NCBI GenBank assembly: GCA_023269035.1
Contig: JAHFMJ010000004.1
Coordinates: forward strand, 1-52,940
Direction of reading: 5' to 3'
DNA from: Candidatus Kaiserbacteria bacterium
GTDB lineage: Bacteria; Patescibacteriota; Minisyncoccia; Phycocordibacterales; Phycocordibacteraceae
DNA: 52,940 nt
Below, in pieces: positions 45,202 through 52,940 of this stretch (its first letter is position 1; every line of letters starts with the position of its first letter). The notes beneath the pieces were generated by a model, which was not told where the DNA came from, did not search any database, and saw only the letters and a program-made list of their open reading frames with translations. The position numbers and the translations under genes were made by a program.

Positions 45202-46983
45202 ATGGAAATCCGCAACATCGCTATCATCGCGCACGTCGACCACGGCAAGACGACGCTCACCGACGCGCTTCTCAAGCAGACGGGCGTGGGCGAGGAGGGC
45301 GTCTCTATGGACAGCAACAAGCTTGAGCTCGAGCGTGGCATCACTATTTATGCAAAAAATGCTTCCATTCCATATAAAGGAACGAAGATAAATATCGTCG
45401 ACACCCCGGGTCACGCCGACTTCGGCTCCGAGGTTGAGCGCGTTTTGCGAAGCATCGACTCGGTCTTGCTTGTGGTGGACGCGCAGGAAGGGCCGATGCC
45501 GCAGACCCGCTTCGTGCTCAAGAAATCACTAGAGCTCGGCCTCAAGCCCATCGTCGTCATCAATAAGATAGACAAGCCTGCCGCAGACCCGGCACGGTGC
45601 GAAGAGCAGGTGCTCGAACTCTTTTTGGAGCTCGGTGCCAACGATGCACAGGCCAACTTTCCGGTGGTGTACTCTATCGGCCGCCAGGGCATCGCGAAGA
45701 AAAACCTCACCGATGAGTCCACCGACCTCACCCCACTACTCGACACCATCCTCGCCCACATCCCCTCGGCTTCAACCGCACCAACGGACGCTCCGCTCAT
45801 GCTCCAGCCGTTCAACCTCGCGTACGACAACTTCCTCGGCCGTATGGCCGTCGCCCGCATCTACCAGGGCACCGTGACGTCGGGTCTCACCGTTTTCATC
45901 AAAAAGCCGAACGGCGAGGCGCGCCCGGGAAAGATAGTTAAAGTATTTACCTTCAAGGGCCTCAAGCGCGAGGACACTGAGTCTGCAAGCTCGGGCGATA
46001 TCGCACTCATCGCAGGCCTCTCCGACATCTTCATTGGTGAGACGGTAACGACCGATAAAGATGCAACACCGCTGCCCGCCATCGCCATCGACGAGCCGAC
46101 CATCGAGCTCAACTTCTACCCCAACAGCTCGCCGTTCGCCGGCAAGGAAGGGAAGTTCGTCACCACGCGGCAGATCCGCGATCGCCTCGAGCGCGAGCTT
46201 GAGGTCAACGTCGGCCTCCGCGTCGATTTTTCCGCATCGGACTCATTTGCCGTTGCTGGTCGTGGCGAACTGCACATCTCTATATTGCTTGAGAACATGC
46301 GCCGCGAAGGCTTTGAGCTCCAGGTTTCACAACCCAAAGTTATTTTTCATGAAATAGACGGCGTCAAAAGCGAGCCGTTCGAAGAGGTTATCGTCGACAC
46401 GCCGTCCGAGTATCAGGGCGCCGTCATCGAGCGGCTCGGCACGCGCGCGTTCGTGATGCAAAACCTGACCACCCACGGCAACCAGGTGCGCCTCACTTTT
46501 GAAGGCCCGACCCGCGGCCTCCTCGGCTACCGCAACCAGTTCGTCATCGACACCAAGGGCGAGGGGATACTCTCTTCGCGCTTTGTCGGCTTCAAGCCGT
46601 ACGCAGGGGAGATAAAGAAGCGCAACGTCGGCTCAATGATTTCGATGACCTCCGGCAAGGCACTCGGCTTCTCGCTCTGGAACCTGCAAGACCGTGGCGT
46701 GCTCTACATTGGCCCTACGACGGAAGTGTATGAAGGCATGGTGGTGGGGAACACCTCAAAGGGCGAGGAGATGACCGTCAACCCGACAAAAGGCAAACAG
46801 CTCACCAACATGCGCGCCTCCGGCTCTGACGAAGCTATCAACCTTGTTCCACCCTACACCCTCACTATCGAGCGCGGGCTTGAGGTGATGACCGAAGACG
46901 AATTCCTCGAAATAACACCGCAGAGCGTCAGATTGAGGAAACAGTATCTAACGGAGAATGATCGGATAAAGTCGAAAAGGTAA
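45202..46983 (+). CDS. typA: Translational GTPase TypA/BipA
   Basis: [27 protein letters not shown] and [11 protein letters not shown] motifs. Confidence 0.97.
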   Translation: MEIRNIAIIAHVDHGKTTLTDALLKQTGVGEEGVSMDSNKLELERGITIYAKNASIPYKGTKINIVDTPGHADFGSEVERVLRSIDSVLLVVDAQEGPMPQTRFVLKKSLELGLKPIVVINKIDKPAADPARCEEQVLELFLELGANDAQANFPVVYSIGRQGIAKKNLTDESTDLTPLLDTILAHIPSASTAPTDAPLMLQPFNLAYDNFLGRMAVARIYQGTVTSGLTVFIKKPNGEARPGKIVKVFTFKGLKREDTESASSGDIALIAGLSDIFIGETVTTDKDATPLPAIAIDEPTIELNFYPNSSPFAGKEGKFVTTRQIRDRLERELEVNVGLRVDFSASDSFAVAGRGELHISILLENMRREGFELQVSQPKVIFHEIDGVKSEPFEEVIVDTPSEYQGAVIERLGTRAFVMQNLTTHGNQVRLTFEGPTRGLLGYRNQFVIDTKGEGILSSRFVGFKPYAGEIKKRNVGSMISMTSGKALGFSLWNLQDRGVLYIGPTTEVYEGMVVGNTSKGEEMTVNPTKGKQLTNMRASGSDEAINLVPPYTLTIERGLEVMTEDEFLEITPQSVRLRKQYLTENDRIKSKR

Positions 46984-46999
46984 CGTAACTGCACGCAAG

Positions 47000-47132
47000 C
47001 CCGGTAGGACAAAACGGCATCGTGCAATTGCTCTTCCACTAAAGCAGACGACCTCCGCTTTGTACTTCTAAATGTAGATATTTTCGCTTTCCGCATAGGC
47101 ACAGGGAGTAATGCCGTTTTTACCTAACCGGG
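47000..47132. other. Long imperfect inverted repeat/putative structured RNA
   Basis: CCCGGT/ACCGGG, AGG/CCT and AAAACGGCAT/ATGCCGTTTT nested arms, plus internal hairpins. Confidence 0.55.
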
Positions 47133-47241
47133 TAAGCAATTCCTCACCGAAAACGACCGCGCCAAATCCCGCCGGAAGGAAAATTAAAGACCTTGTAGTA
47201 AATAACAAAGGAGCGTAGGCTGTTAATTAAGCTTTCTAGAT

Positions 47242-47946
47242 ATGGCTTCTTCTGCAAAAGTAAAAGCTGTCAAAACTACTCCAACTAAGAAGAGATCATT
47301 TTTTAATTTCAATAGAAAAAAGTTTTCAAGACTTGCTAGGGACTATCATCATGAGATTGTACATCTAACAGGAGATTTAAGACGAATTAATCAAATAATA
47401 CAAGTTTCCGCACTTCTTTCTAATCAGCAAATAAATTTAATGAAAAGAAAAAATACGAGCCATCTTATATCTGAAACAGGTTTGCTTACTTTTGAAGATA
47501 CACAGTATCATGTAGAGAATTTTTCTTTTAGGTTAACGGGTTATCGAGATAAATTGGTTCAATTTATCAATCAAGCTCTTAAAATTGGTTTCGATGAAAC
47601 TACAATGGGGATTCTTGGTCCTATAAGTAAAAACAGAACTATTAAAGATGCTCATCTTGATACAGAAATCAAAAAATTTCAAAAAGACAAAGATTTTAAG
47701 GAAGTATTGAGTGAAAGAATTTTAATGACTCATCGCCGTTATTACGGAAAAGAGAATGCTTACAGCCCTTTAATGACTCCTAATCTAGAAGGGATTGCTG
47801 ATAAAAATGCTTTCTTTAAAAATTGGAAACAGAATGTACTTGCAAAAGCAAATCGGACTAACCGGCTTGTTTTAAAAACAATGGATATGAATGATAGGGT
47901 TATGGAGAAAATAAATAGTTGTATAGCTAAAAACAAACCTCGATAA
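47242..47946 (+). CDS. Putative HEPN-domain protein (Cthe_2314-like), AT-rich
   Basis: YHVENF...DKL.Q.IN and Rx4H motif RILMTH. Confidence 0.6.
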   Translation: MASSAKVKAVKTTPTKKRSFFNFNRKKFSRLARDYHHEIVHLTGDLRRINQIIQVSALLSNQQINLMKRKNTSHLISETGLLTFEDTQYHVENFSFRLTGYRDKLVQFINQALKIGFDETTMGILGPISKNRTIKDAHLDTEIKKFQKDKDFKEVLSERILMTHRRYYGKENAYSPLMTPNLEGIADKNAFFKNWKQNVLAKANRTNRLVLKTMDMNDRVMEKINSCIAKNKPR

Positions 47947-47987
47947 ATTGATTTAATTTATCGCATAATGAGGTATACTAGGGGCGT

Positions 47988-48446
47988 ATGAATAAGAACA
48001 CTTCTTTGATCGTTGGGGGGATTATTGTCTTGGCCCTCATTGTTGGCGGGCTGGTCGTCTTTGGCGGCGCGCCTACGAGCCCCACAACTACAGGGCCGGG
48101 AGAGCTTGATGCCTTTGCACAATGCCTTAAGACGAACGGCGTAACATTCTTCGGCGCGTTCTGGTGCCCGCACTGCCAGGCGCAGAAGAAGCTCTTCGGC
48201 AACTCGGTCTCTAAGCTCCCGTACGTCGAGTGCTCCAATCCCGACGGCCAGTCGCAGACGCAGATCTGCATCGACAACAAGATACAGTCGTACCCGACTT
48301 GGCAGTTTGCCGACGGCACACGCGTGACGGGCGAGCAGACGCTCCAACAGCTTGCGGATAAATCTAAATGCCAGCTACCAGCCACGAGTGATAGTGTGAC
48401 GACCGCTCCAGTGACTGTCGGCAGTTCGACCCCGGTCTCGCAATAA
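47988..48446 (+). CDS. Membrane-anchored thioredoxin-fold protein
   Basis: WCPHC, YVEC and YPTW motifs. Confidence 0.85.
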   Translation: MNKNTSLIVGGIIVLALIVGGLVVFGGAPTSPTTTGPGELDAFAQCLKTNGVTFFGAFWCPHCQAQKKLFGNSVSKLPYVECSNPDGQSQTQICIDNKIQSYPTWQFADGTRVTGEQTLQQLADKSKCQLPATSDSVTTAPVTVGSSTPVSQ

Positions 48447-48453
48447 CCCTCAC

Positions 48454-48993
48454 ATGAATACGGACGCAGTGCTCGCGCTCAACCACCTCGTAGCGCTTGG
48501 GACAATAGGGATGCAAGCGCTGACGCTGGTACTGCTTTTTGTATTTTTCTTCAAGAAAGAGAGCCTCGTTGCAAAGCTCGCAGGACGCTGGGGCATGTGG
48601 GTGGCATTTCTCCTCTCGCTTGCGGGGGTGGCGGTAAGCCTCGTGTATTCAGACTACTTTGGCATCATCCCGTGCGGGCTCTGCTGGGTGCAACGCGTCT
48701 TCCTCTACCCACAAGTCGTGCTTTTCGCACTCGCGCTTTGGAAAAAGGATAGACGCATCGCTGACTACTCAATAGCGCTCTCCATTTTCGGTGCCGCAGT
48801 TGCGCTTTATCAGCACTACCTCCAGATGGGCGGCACGTCCGCTCTTCCGTGCCCGGCGTCAGGGGCGGGGGACTGCGCCAAGCGATTCCTTTTCGAGTTC
48901 GACTACATCACGTTCCCGCTCGTCGCTTTTTCCTCCTTCGCGCTCCTCATCGTCATCATGCTCTTTGTCCGCAGACACAGCGTTGACAAATAA
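48454..48993 (+). CDS. dsbB: Disulfide bond formation protein (DsbB/BdbC)
   Basis: PCGLCWVQR and a second Cys pair; multiple TM. Confidence 0.88.
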   Translation: MNTDAVLALNHLVALGTIGMQALTLVLLFVFFFKKESLVAKLAGRWGMWVAFLLSLAGVAVSLVYSDYFGIIPCGLCWVQRVFLYPQVVLFALALWKKDRRIADYSIALSIFGAAVALYQHYLQMGGTSALPCPASGAGDCAKRFLFEFDYITFPLVAFSSFALLIVIMLFVRRHSVDK

Positions 48994-49011
48994 AGGGTAT
49001 TACGCTACAAT
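48983..49011 (+). promoter_or_regulatory. sigma70 promoter TTGACA-N17-TACAAT
   Basis: Near-consensus, upstream of the DEAD-box gene. Confidence 0.75.
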
Positions 49012-49093
49012 AGCGAGGTACTTAATTTCTCCATTCGGTTTTACGGGATATCGTTCCTGACAGAGCCTTTGGAAGCAAAGGTGTATATCAGGT

Positions 49094-50404
49094 ATGTATA
49101 ACCCACAAGGGAACAAAGGCAGTTTTACACGTACTCCGCGTCATCAGCGTGGCGGTAGTTCATCTGGCCCGCGCAAGCCATACCACGGTGGAGGTGGCGG
49201 CGGACCGAGGCGCTCTTTCCATGGAGGTCATGGCGGTGGCGGAAGGGGAGGTGGGCGCTCACGGGCCGACTCGTTCAGCCAATACATCGACGTATCGCGT
49301 TTTGTAAACAAAGCGGTCATCACGGAAGAGGTGCACGACTTTGTCCCCGAGCACGCCTTTAAGGATTTTCATATCGAAGAGCGCCTCAAGACAGCCATCA
49401 GCAAAAAAGGATATATAAACCCAACACCGATCCAGGACAGGGCCATCCCGCATGTGCTCCGTGGTAGTGACGTTGTCGGCATCGCCAACACCGGTACCGG
49501 CAAGACGGCGGCATTCCTCATTCCTCTCATCAACAAGATGTTGCTTGATTCGACGCAGGAGGCGCTCGTCATGGTGCCGACACGCGAGCTTGCGATACAA
49601 ATTGAGCAGGAGTTCCGCGGGCTCGTCTTTGGCTTGCGCCTCTTTTCCGCATGTTTCGTCGGCGGAGTTCCTATCAACAAAGACCTGCGCAACCTCCGTC
49701 AGCGCAACAACCTCGTCATCGGCACACCGGGAAGGCTGAAAGACTTGGTTGAGCGCCGCGCACTCGACCTTTCAAAATTCAAGACCGTCGTCCTCGACGA
49801 GGCCGACCGCATGCTCGATATGGGTTTCATAGGCGACATGAAGCTCTTGCTCGGACAGATGCCCGCCGAACGGCACACGCTCTTTTTCTCCGCAACGCTG
49901 ACCAAGGAAATTGAACGCCTCATCAAGGACTTCCTCAAAGAGCCCGTCACCATTTCAGTAAAGACCCAAGAGACGCCGGATTCCATCGAGCAGGACGTGG
50001 TGAAGGTCGGCCCCGAGCAGACTAAGATCGACGTGCTTGACGGACTGTTGCGCCAGGACGGCTTTGATAAGGTGCTCATCTTCGGCAAGACCAAGCATGG
50101 CGTGGAGAAGCTCGCTAAGGAGCTGGTACATCGAGGCGTAAAAGCCGAGAGTATACACGGCAACAAGACGCATGCGCGCCGCCAGCGCGCCCTCGAGCTC
50201 TTTAAGCGCGACCACGTGCAGGTGCTCGTCGCGACCGACGTCGCCGCGCGCGGGCTCGACATCGCTGGCGTCTCGCATGTCATCAACTTCGACCTTCCGG
50301 CAACCTATGAAGACTATGTCCACCGCATCGGCCGCACCGGCCGGGCAGGGAAGAAGGGCAAGGCGCTCACCTTCATCGAGCAAAGGGGCCGTCCGTCTCG
50401 CTAA
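49094..50404 (+). CDS. DEAD-box RNA helicase with Gly/Arg-rich N-terminus
   Basis: TGTGKT, PTRELA, DEAD, SAT, ARGLD and HRIGRTGR motifs. Confidence 0.96.
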   Translation: MYNPQGNKGSFTRTPRHQRGGSSSGPRKPYHGGGGGGPRRSFHGGHGGGGRGGGRSRADSFSQYIDVSRFVNKAVITEEVHDFVPEHAFKDFHIEERLKTAISKKGYINPTPIQDRAIPHVLRGSDVVGIANTGTGKTAAFLIPLINKMLLDSTQEALVMVPTRELAIQIEQEFRGLVFGLRLFSACFVGGVPINKDLRNLRQRNNLVIGTPGRLKDLVERRALDLSKFKTVVLDEADRMLDMGFIGDMKLLLGQMPAERHTLFFSATLTKEIERLIKDFLKEPVTISVKTQETPDSIEQDVVKVGPEQTKIDVLDGLLRQDGFDKVLIFGKTKHGVEKLAKELVHRGVKAESIHGNKTHARRQRALELFKRDHVQVLVATDVAARGLDIAGVSHVINFDLPATYEDYVHRIGRTGRAGKKGKALTFIEQRGRPSR

Positions 50405-50448
50405 GCTACTGTGGTAGAATAGTGTTCTTAACCCAGTAGCTTTTTTCT

Positions 50449-50985
50449 ATGCCTACAAAATATATCGCTATAGGAATTGCCGCACTTATCATCGCGGCTG
50501 GCGCGTATTTCTATTTCACCTCTTCGAGCACTGCCGGACCCGGAGCCGGTAACCAGGCTCCTGCATCAACACAGACGGGCAGTACTGCAAACGCGGGTAA
50601 CACTTTTACCGGCTCGCTCGCCGACCTCGTCAAGCGCGGCGGCGATTTTAAGTGCACGTTTACGACCGATGCGACGGCTGCACAATCCTCTGGTGTCGTC
50701 TACATTTCAGGTACGCGCGTCCGTGGCGACTTTGCGAGCACCGCGCAGGGCATCAACGTGGAGAGCCACATGATACAAGACGCCGGCTATGTGTACGTCT
50801 GGTCGCCGCTGATGCAGCAGGGATTGAAGGCCAAAGCGGCCGCACCTTCGCAAACACCCGGTACGGGGTCGATGTCGGGGCAGGGAGTCAACCAGAATCA
50901 GAGTTACGCATACAATTGCAGTCCGTGGTCCGTCGATGCGTCCGTCTTTGCTCTCCCTGCAGGTGTGACCTTTGCCGGTCAGTGA
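50449..50985 (+). CDS. Membrane-anchored hypothetical protein
   Basis: N-terminal TM; C.F...G.VY..G..RGD...Y.C..W. Confidence 0.7.
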   Translation: MPTKYIAIGIAALIIAAGAYFYFTSSSTAGPGAGNQAPASTQTGSTANAGNTFTGSLADLVKRGGDFKCTFTTDATAAQSSGVVYISGTRVRGDFASTAQGINVESHMIQDAGYVYVWSPLMQQGLKAKAAAPSQTPGTGSMSGQGVNQNQSYAYNCSPWSVDASVFALPAGVTFAGQ

Positions 50986-51075
50986 TACAATACGACCCTA
51001 TGATGGATATTGATGAACCGGTTGTTCCGGCCGCGCCTGCGCCCGTTCCAATGCCGCCAGAGGACGGAATGACGC

Positions 51076-51288
51076 ATGAGCAGGATGGACAGGAACACCA
51101 AAAATAACGTCGAAAAAAGGCGCACTACTGCGGGCCTGACTCAGGTAGAGCTTGCCGAGAAGGTTGGCGTGACGCGCCAGACCATTATTGCCGTTGAGAA
51201 AGGGGATTACACTCCCTCGGTTGCCCTCGCGCTCAAGCTCGCGAAGGTATTCAAGCTGGCGGTAGAGGATTTATTTACGCTATCCTGA
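51076..51288 (+). CDS. XRE-family HTH transcriptional regulator
   Basis: TQVELAEKVGVTRQTI...E.G.Y.PS..LA. Confidence 0.92.
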   Translation: MSRMDRNTKNNVEKRRTTAGLTQVELAEKVGVTRQTIIAVEKGDYTPSVALALKLAKVFKLAVEDLFTLS

Positions 51289-51295
51289 TGTAACT

Positions 51296-51637
51296 ATGCA
51301 CGCACTCATCGGCATCATCTTCGTTCTTATACTCGGCGCCTTCGCCAACCCGTTCATGCTCTACATGCCCTCGGGCACAGAGTACGCCGCGCTTGCTGTC
51401 CTCACCGTGGTTGCGGTGCTCTTTGTCGGGCTCATATTTCGCGAGGAGGCACGGGACGAAAGGGAAGAGGCGCTTCGCGCCCGTGCAGCTCGTTGGGGCT
51501 ACCTTGCTGGCATCATCACGCTCTCCCTTGGTGTTATTGTCCCCTTGCTCCAAGGCCGCCACGCTGACCAGTGGATACTCGCCGCGCTCGCTGTCATGAT
51601 CATAGCCCGTCTCGCCTCCCGCGCGGTGTCAGAATAA
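51296..51637 (+). CDS. Small membrane protein (DUF2178-like)
   Basis: Hydrophobic, with DERE..R..AAR. Confidence 0.65.
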   Translation: MHALIGIIFVLILGAFANPFMLYMPSGTEYAALAVLTVVAVLFVGLIFREEARDEREEALRARAARWGYLAGIITLSLGVIVPLLQGRHADQWILAALAVMIIARLASRAVSE

Positions 51638-51660
51638 TTAAATCTGTTTTCCACAAGGGA

Positions 51661-51680
51661 ATGTAAAGGGGACTTTACAT
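51661..51680. promoter_or_regulatory. Operator-like inverted repeat ATGTAAAG-GGGA-CTTTACAT
   Basis: Perfect 8-bp arms with 4-bp spacer. Confidence 0.5.
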
Positions 51681-51731
51681 CCACGCATGGATGCGTAGAC
51701 TAAGGGGATAGTAACGAAATAATATTTTTCT

Positions 51732-51959
51732 ATGAATAGCACTATGACTTGGGTTATCGGTATTATCGTCGTCGCGGCTATCGGCTATGGCATTTACGCT
51801 TATACCAAGCCAAGCGATGACTCGATGATGATGAAAAAAAGTACTGACACTATGATGAAGAGCGACACGTCAGGCGACACTATGATGCAAAACGCAACCG
51901 ACACCATGATGAAGAAAGAAGGTGATACGATGATGAAGGATGCTCCCTCGACCAACTAA
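51732..51959 (+). CDS. Small membrane-anchored Met-rich protein with DTMM repeats
   Basis: TM followed by DSMMMK/DTMMK/DTMMQ/DTMMK/DTMMK. Confidence 0.75.
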   Translation: MNSTMTWVIGIIVVAAIGYGIYAYTKPSDDSMMMKKSTDTMMKSDTSGDTMMQNATDTMMKKEGDTMMKDAPSTN

Positions 51960-51964
51960 AAAGA

Positions 51965-52675
51965 ATGGCTGACGTTACTATTGTTGTCGCGTTCGTAGCG
52001 GGGTTTGTCTCCTTCTTAGCGCCCTGCATCCTGCCCATCATCCCGGGCTTCCTGGCATACCTCGCCGGCTCGGTGACGGATAAGCCCGACGCGAAGGGGC
52101 GGCTCGAGATATTCCTCAATAGCGTCTTTTTCGTCATCGGGTTCTCCCTCGTCTTTGCGGCGCTCGGCGTTTTGCTCAACACCATTCTGCAGGGCATAGC
52201 TTACGGAGTGCAGACCTGGCTCGCGCGCATCGGCGGCGCACTGATCATCTTCTTTGGTCTCTACCTCACGGGGCTTATCAAAGTCCCGTTCCTCGATCGC
52301 GACCACAAGATGATAGTGAAGAAAAAGTTTTCCTCGCGCTACATCACCTCGCTTGTCTTTGGCGCCGCGTTCGCCGCCGGGTGGACGCCCTGCGTCGGCG
52401 CAGCGCTCGGAGCGATACTCGGCCTCGCGGCCGCGCATCCTGGCACGGCCTTCTCGCTCCTCATGGCGTACTCGCTCGGGCTTGGCCTGCCGTTCCTCAT
52501 CGTCGGTGCTTTTGCGGCACAAGCGCAGGCGCTTGTCCTAAAGATCGGCCCGGCGCTCCGGTACATAAATATCGTCTTCGGTGCGCTCCTCATCATCCTC
52601 GGTATCCTGGTGTTTACCCAAAACCTTTCGCTTATCGCCAACTTCGACCTGCTTAATAGTATTCTCTTACACTAA
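51965..52675 (+). CDS. ccdA: CcdA/DsbD-type transmembrane electron transfer protein
   Basis: SFLAPCILP, GWTPCVG and YSLGLGLPF motifs. Confidence 0.92.
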   Translation: MADVTIVVAFVAGFVSFLAPCILPIIPGFLAYLAGSVTDKPDAKGRLEIFLNSVFFVIGFSLVFAALGVLLNTILQGIAYGVQTWLARIGGALIIFFGLYLTGLIKVPFLDRDHKMIVKKKFSSRYITSLVFGAAFAAGWTPCVGAALGAILGLAAAHPGTAFSLLMAYSLGLGLPFLIVGAFAAQAQALVLKIGPALRYINIVFGALLIILGILVFTQNLSLIANFDLLNSILLH

Positions 52676-52677
52676 GT

Positions 52678-52940
52678 ATGAACGCGTACGTCCGGACAGC
52701 AGTGACCATCATCGTGCTCGCCGCTATCGGCGGAGCGATATTTTTCCTTGAGGGAAAAATGGGCAAGGGAATGGCCTCTACCCTTCGCGGCGATTCAAAT
52801 ATTGCCATTAACATGACTGATGCTCGCATCGCAGCAAAAGCAAAGTTGTATCCGGTCGCGAAGGACATATCAACGCCGGACGGTTTTATCAATGCAGACC
52901 CCTTCACCATCCAGAGCCTCATCGGGAAGAAGGTGATACT
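52678..52940 (+). CDS. Redoxin/DipZ-like thioredoxin (3' truncated)
   Basis: TM then GFIN..P.TI.SL.GKKVI, typical of the segment preceding the redoxin CxxC; follows ccdA. Confidence 0.65.
   Translation, partial: MNAYVRTAVTIIVLAAIGGAIFFLEGKMGKGMASTLRGDSNIAINMTDARIAAKAKLYPVAKDISTPDGFINADPFTIQSLIGKKVI

Noticed and set aside
47064-47079. TTCTAAATGTAGAT resembling the 3' end of a Cas12a repeat
   Set aside because: Single copy, imperfect stem, no spacers and no cas genes; no CRISPR array is seen anywhere in the window.
51000-51107. Possible 35-aa Pro-rich ORF MMDIDEPVVPAAPAPVPMPP overlapping the XRE start
   Set aside because: It has a plausible upstream TACAAT, but no attenuator structure or other support; left uncalled.
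51821-51940. ATG runs that might indicate a second Met attenuator
   Set aside because: They lie in a 75-aa TM-anchored protein followed immediately by ccdA, with no terminator or antiterminator.

Overview
Gene-dense bacterial window (about 60 CDS, mostly on the + strand). Gene content and style suggest Patescibacteria/CPR (Parcubacteria-like); this is inference only. The core is nucleotide and SAM metabolism: pyrG (3' part), guaB, metK under a clear SAM-I riboswitch, purA, purL, purQ, purE, purM and purC, plus typA, a DEAD-box helicase, DsbB/thioredoxin and ccdA/redoxin. Accessory segments are a cassette-like region after tRNA-Gln(CTG), an AT-rich methylation/defence island (4TM protein, DGQHR protein, Dam-like MTase, Vsr, M.Sau3AI-like C5 MTase, putative endonuclease), an ECF sigma/anti-sigma module with three matching promoters, and a lone HEPN-like gene preceded by a long RNA hairpin. 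The most striking observation is at 40730-40900. A 23-codon ORF missing from the ORF track (MHSAQNMMMAMMMSMKRLVLRTP, 8 Met) is followed by competing antiterminator and terminator helices, directly upstream of a DUF62/SAM hydroxide adenosyltransferase-like gene. This looks like a methionine-sensing, ribosome-mediated transcription attenuator controlling an enzyme predicted to regenerate Met from SAM. Also notable are short palindromes inserted in-frame within coding genes and widespread leaderless-type promoter geometry. All family calls come from motif recognition by eye; no searches were run.
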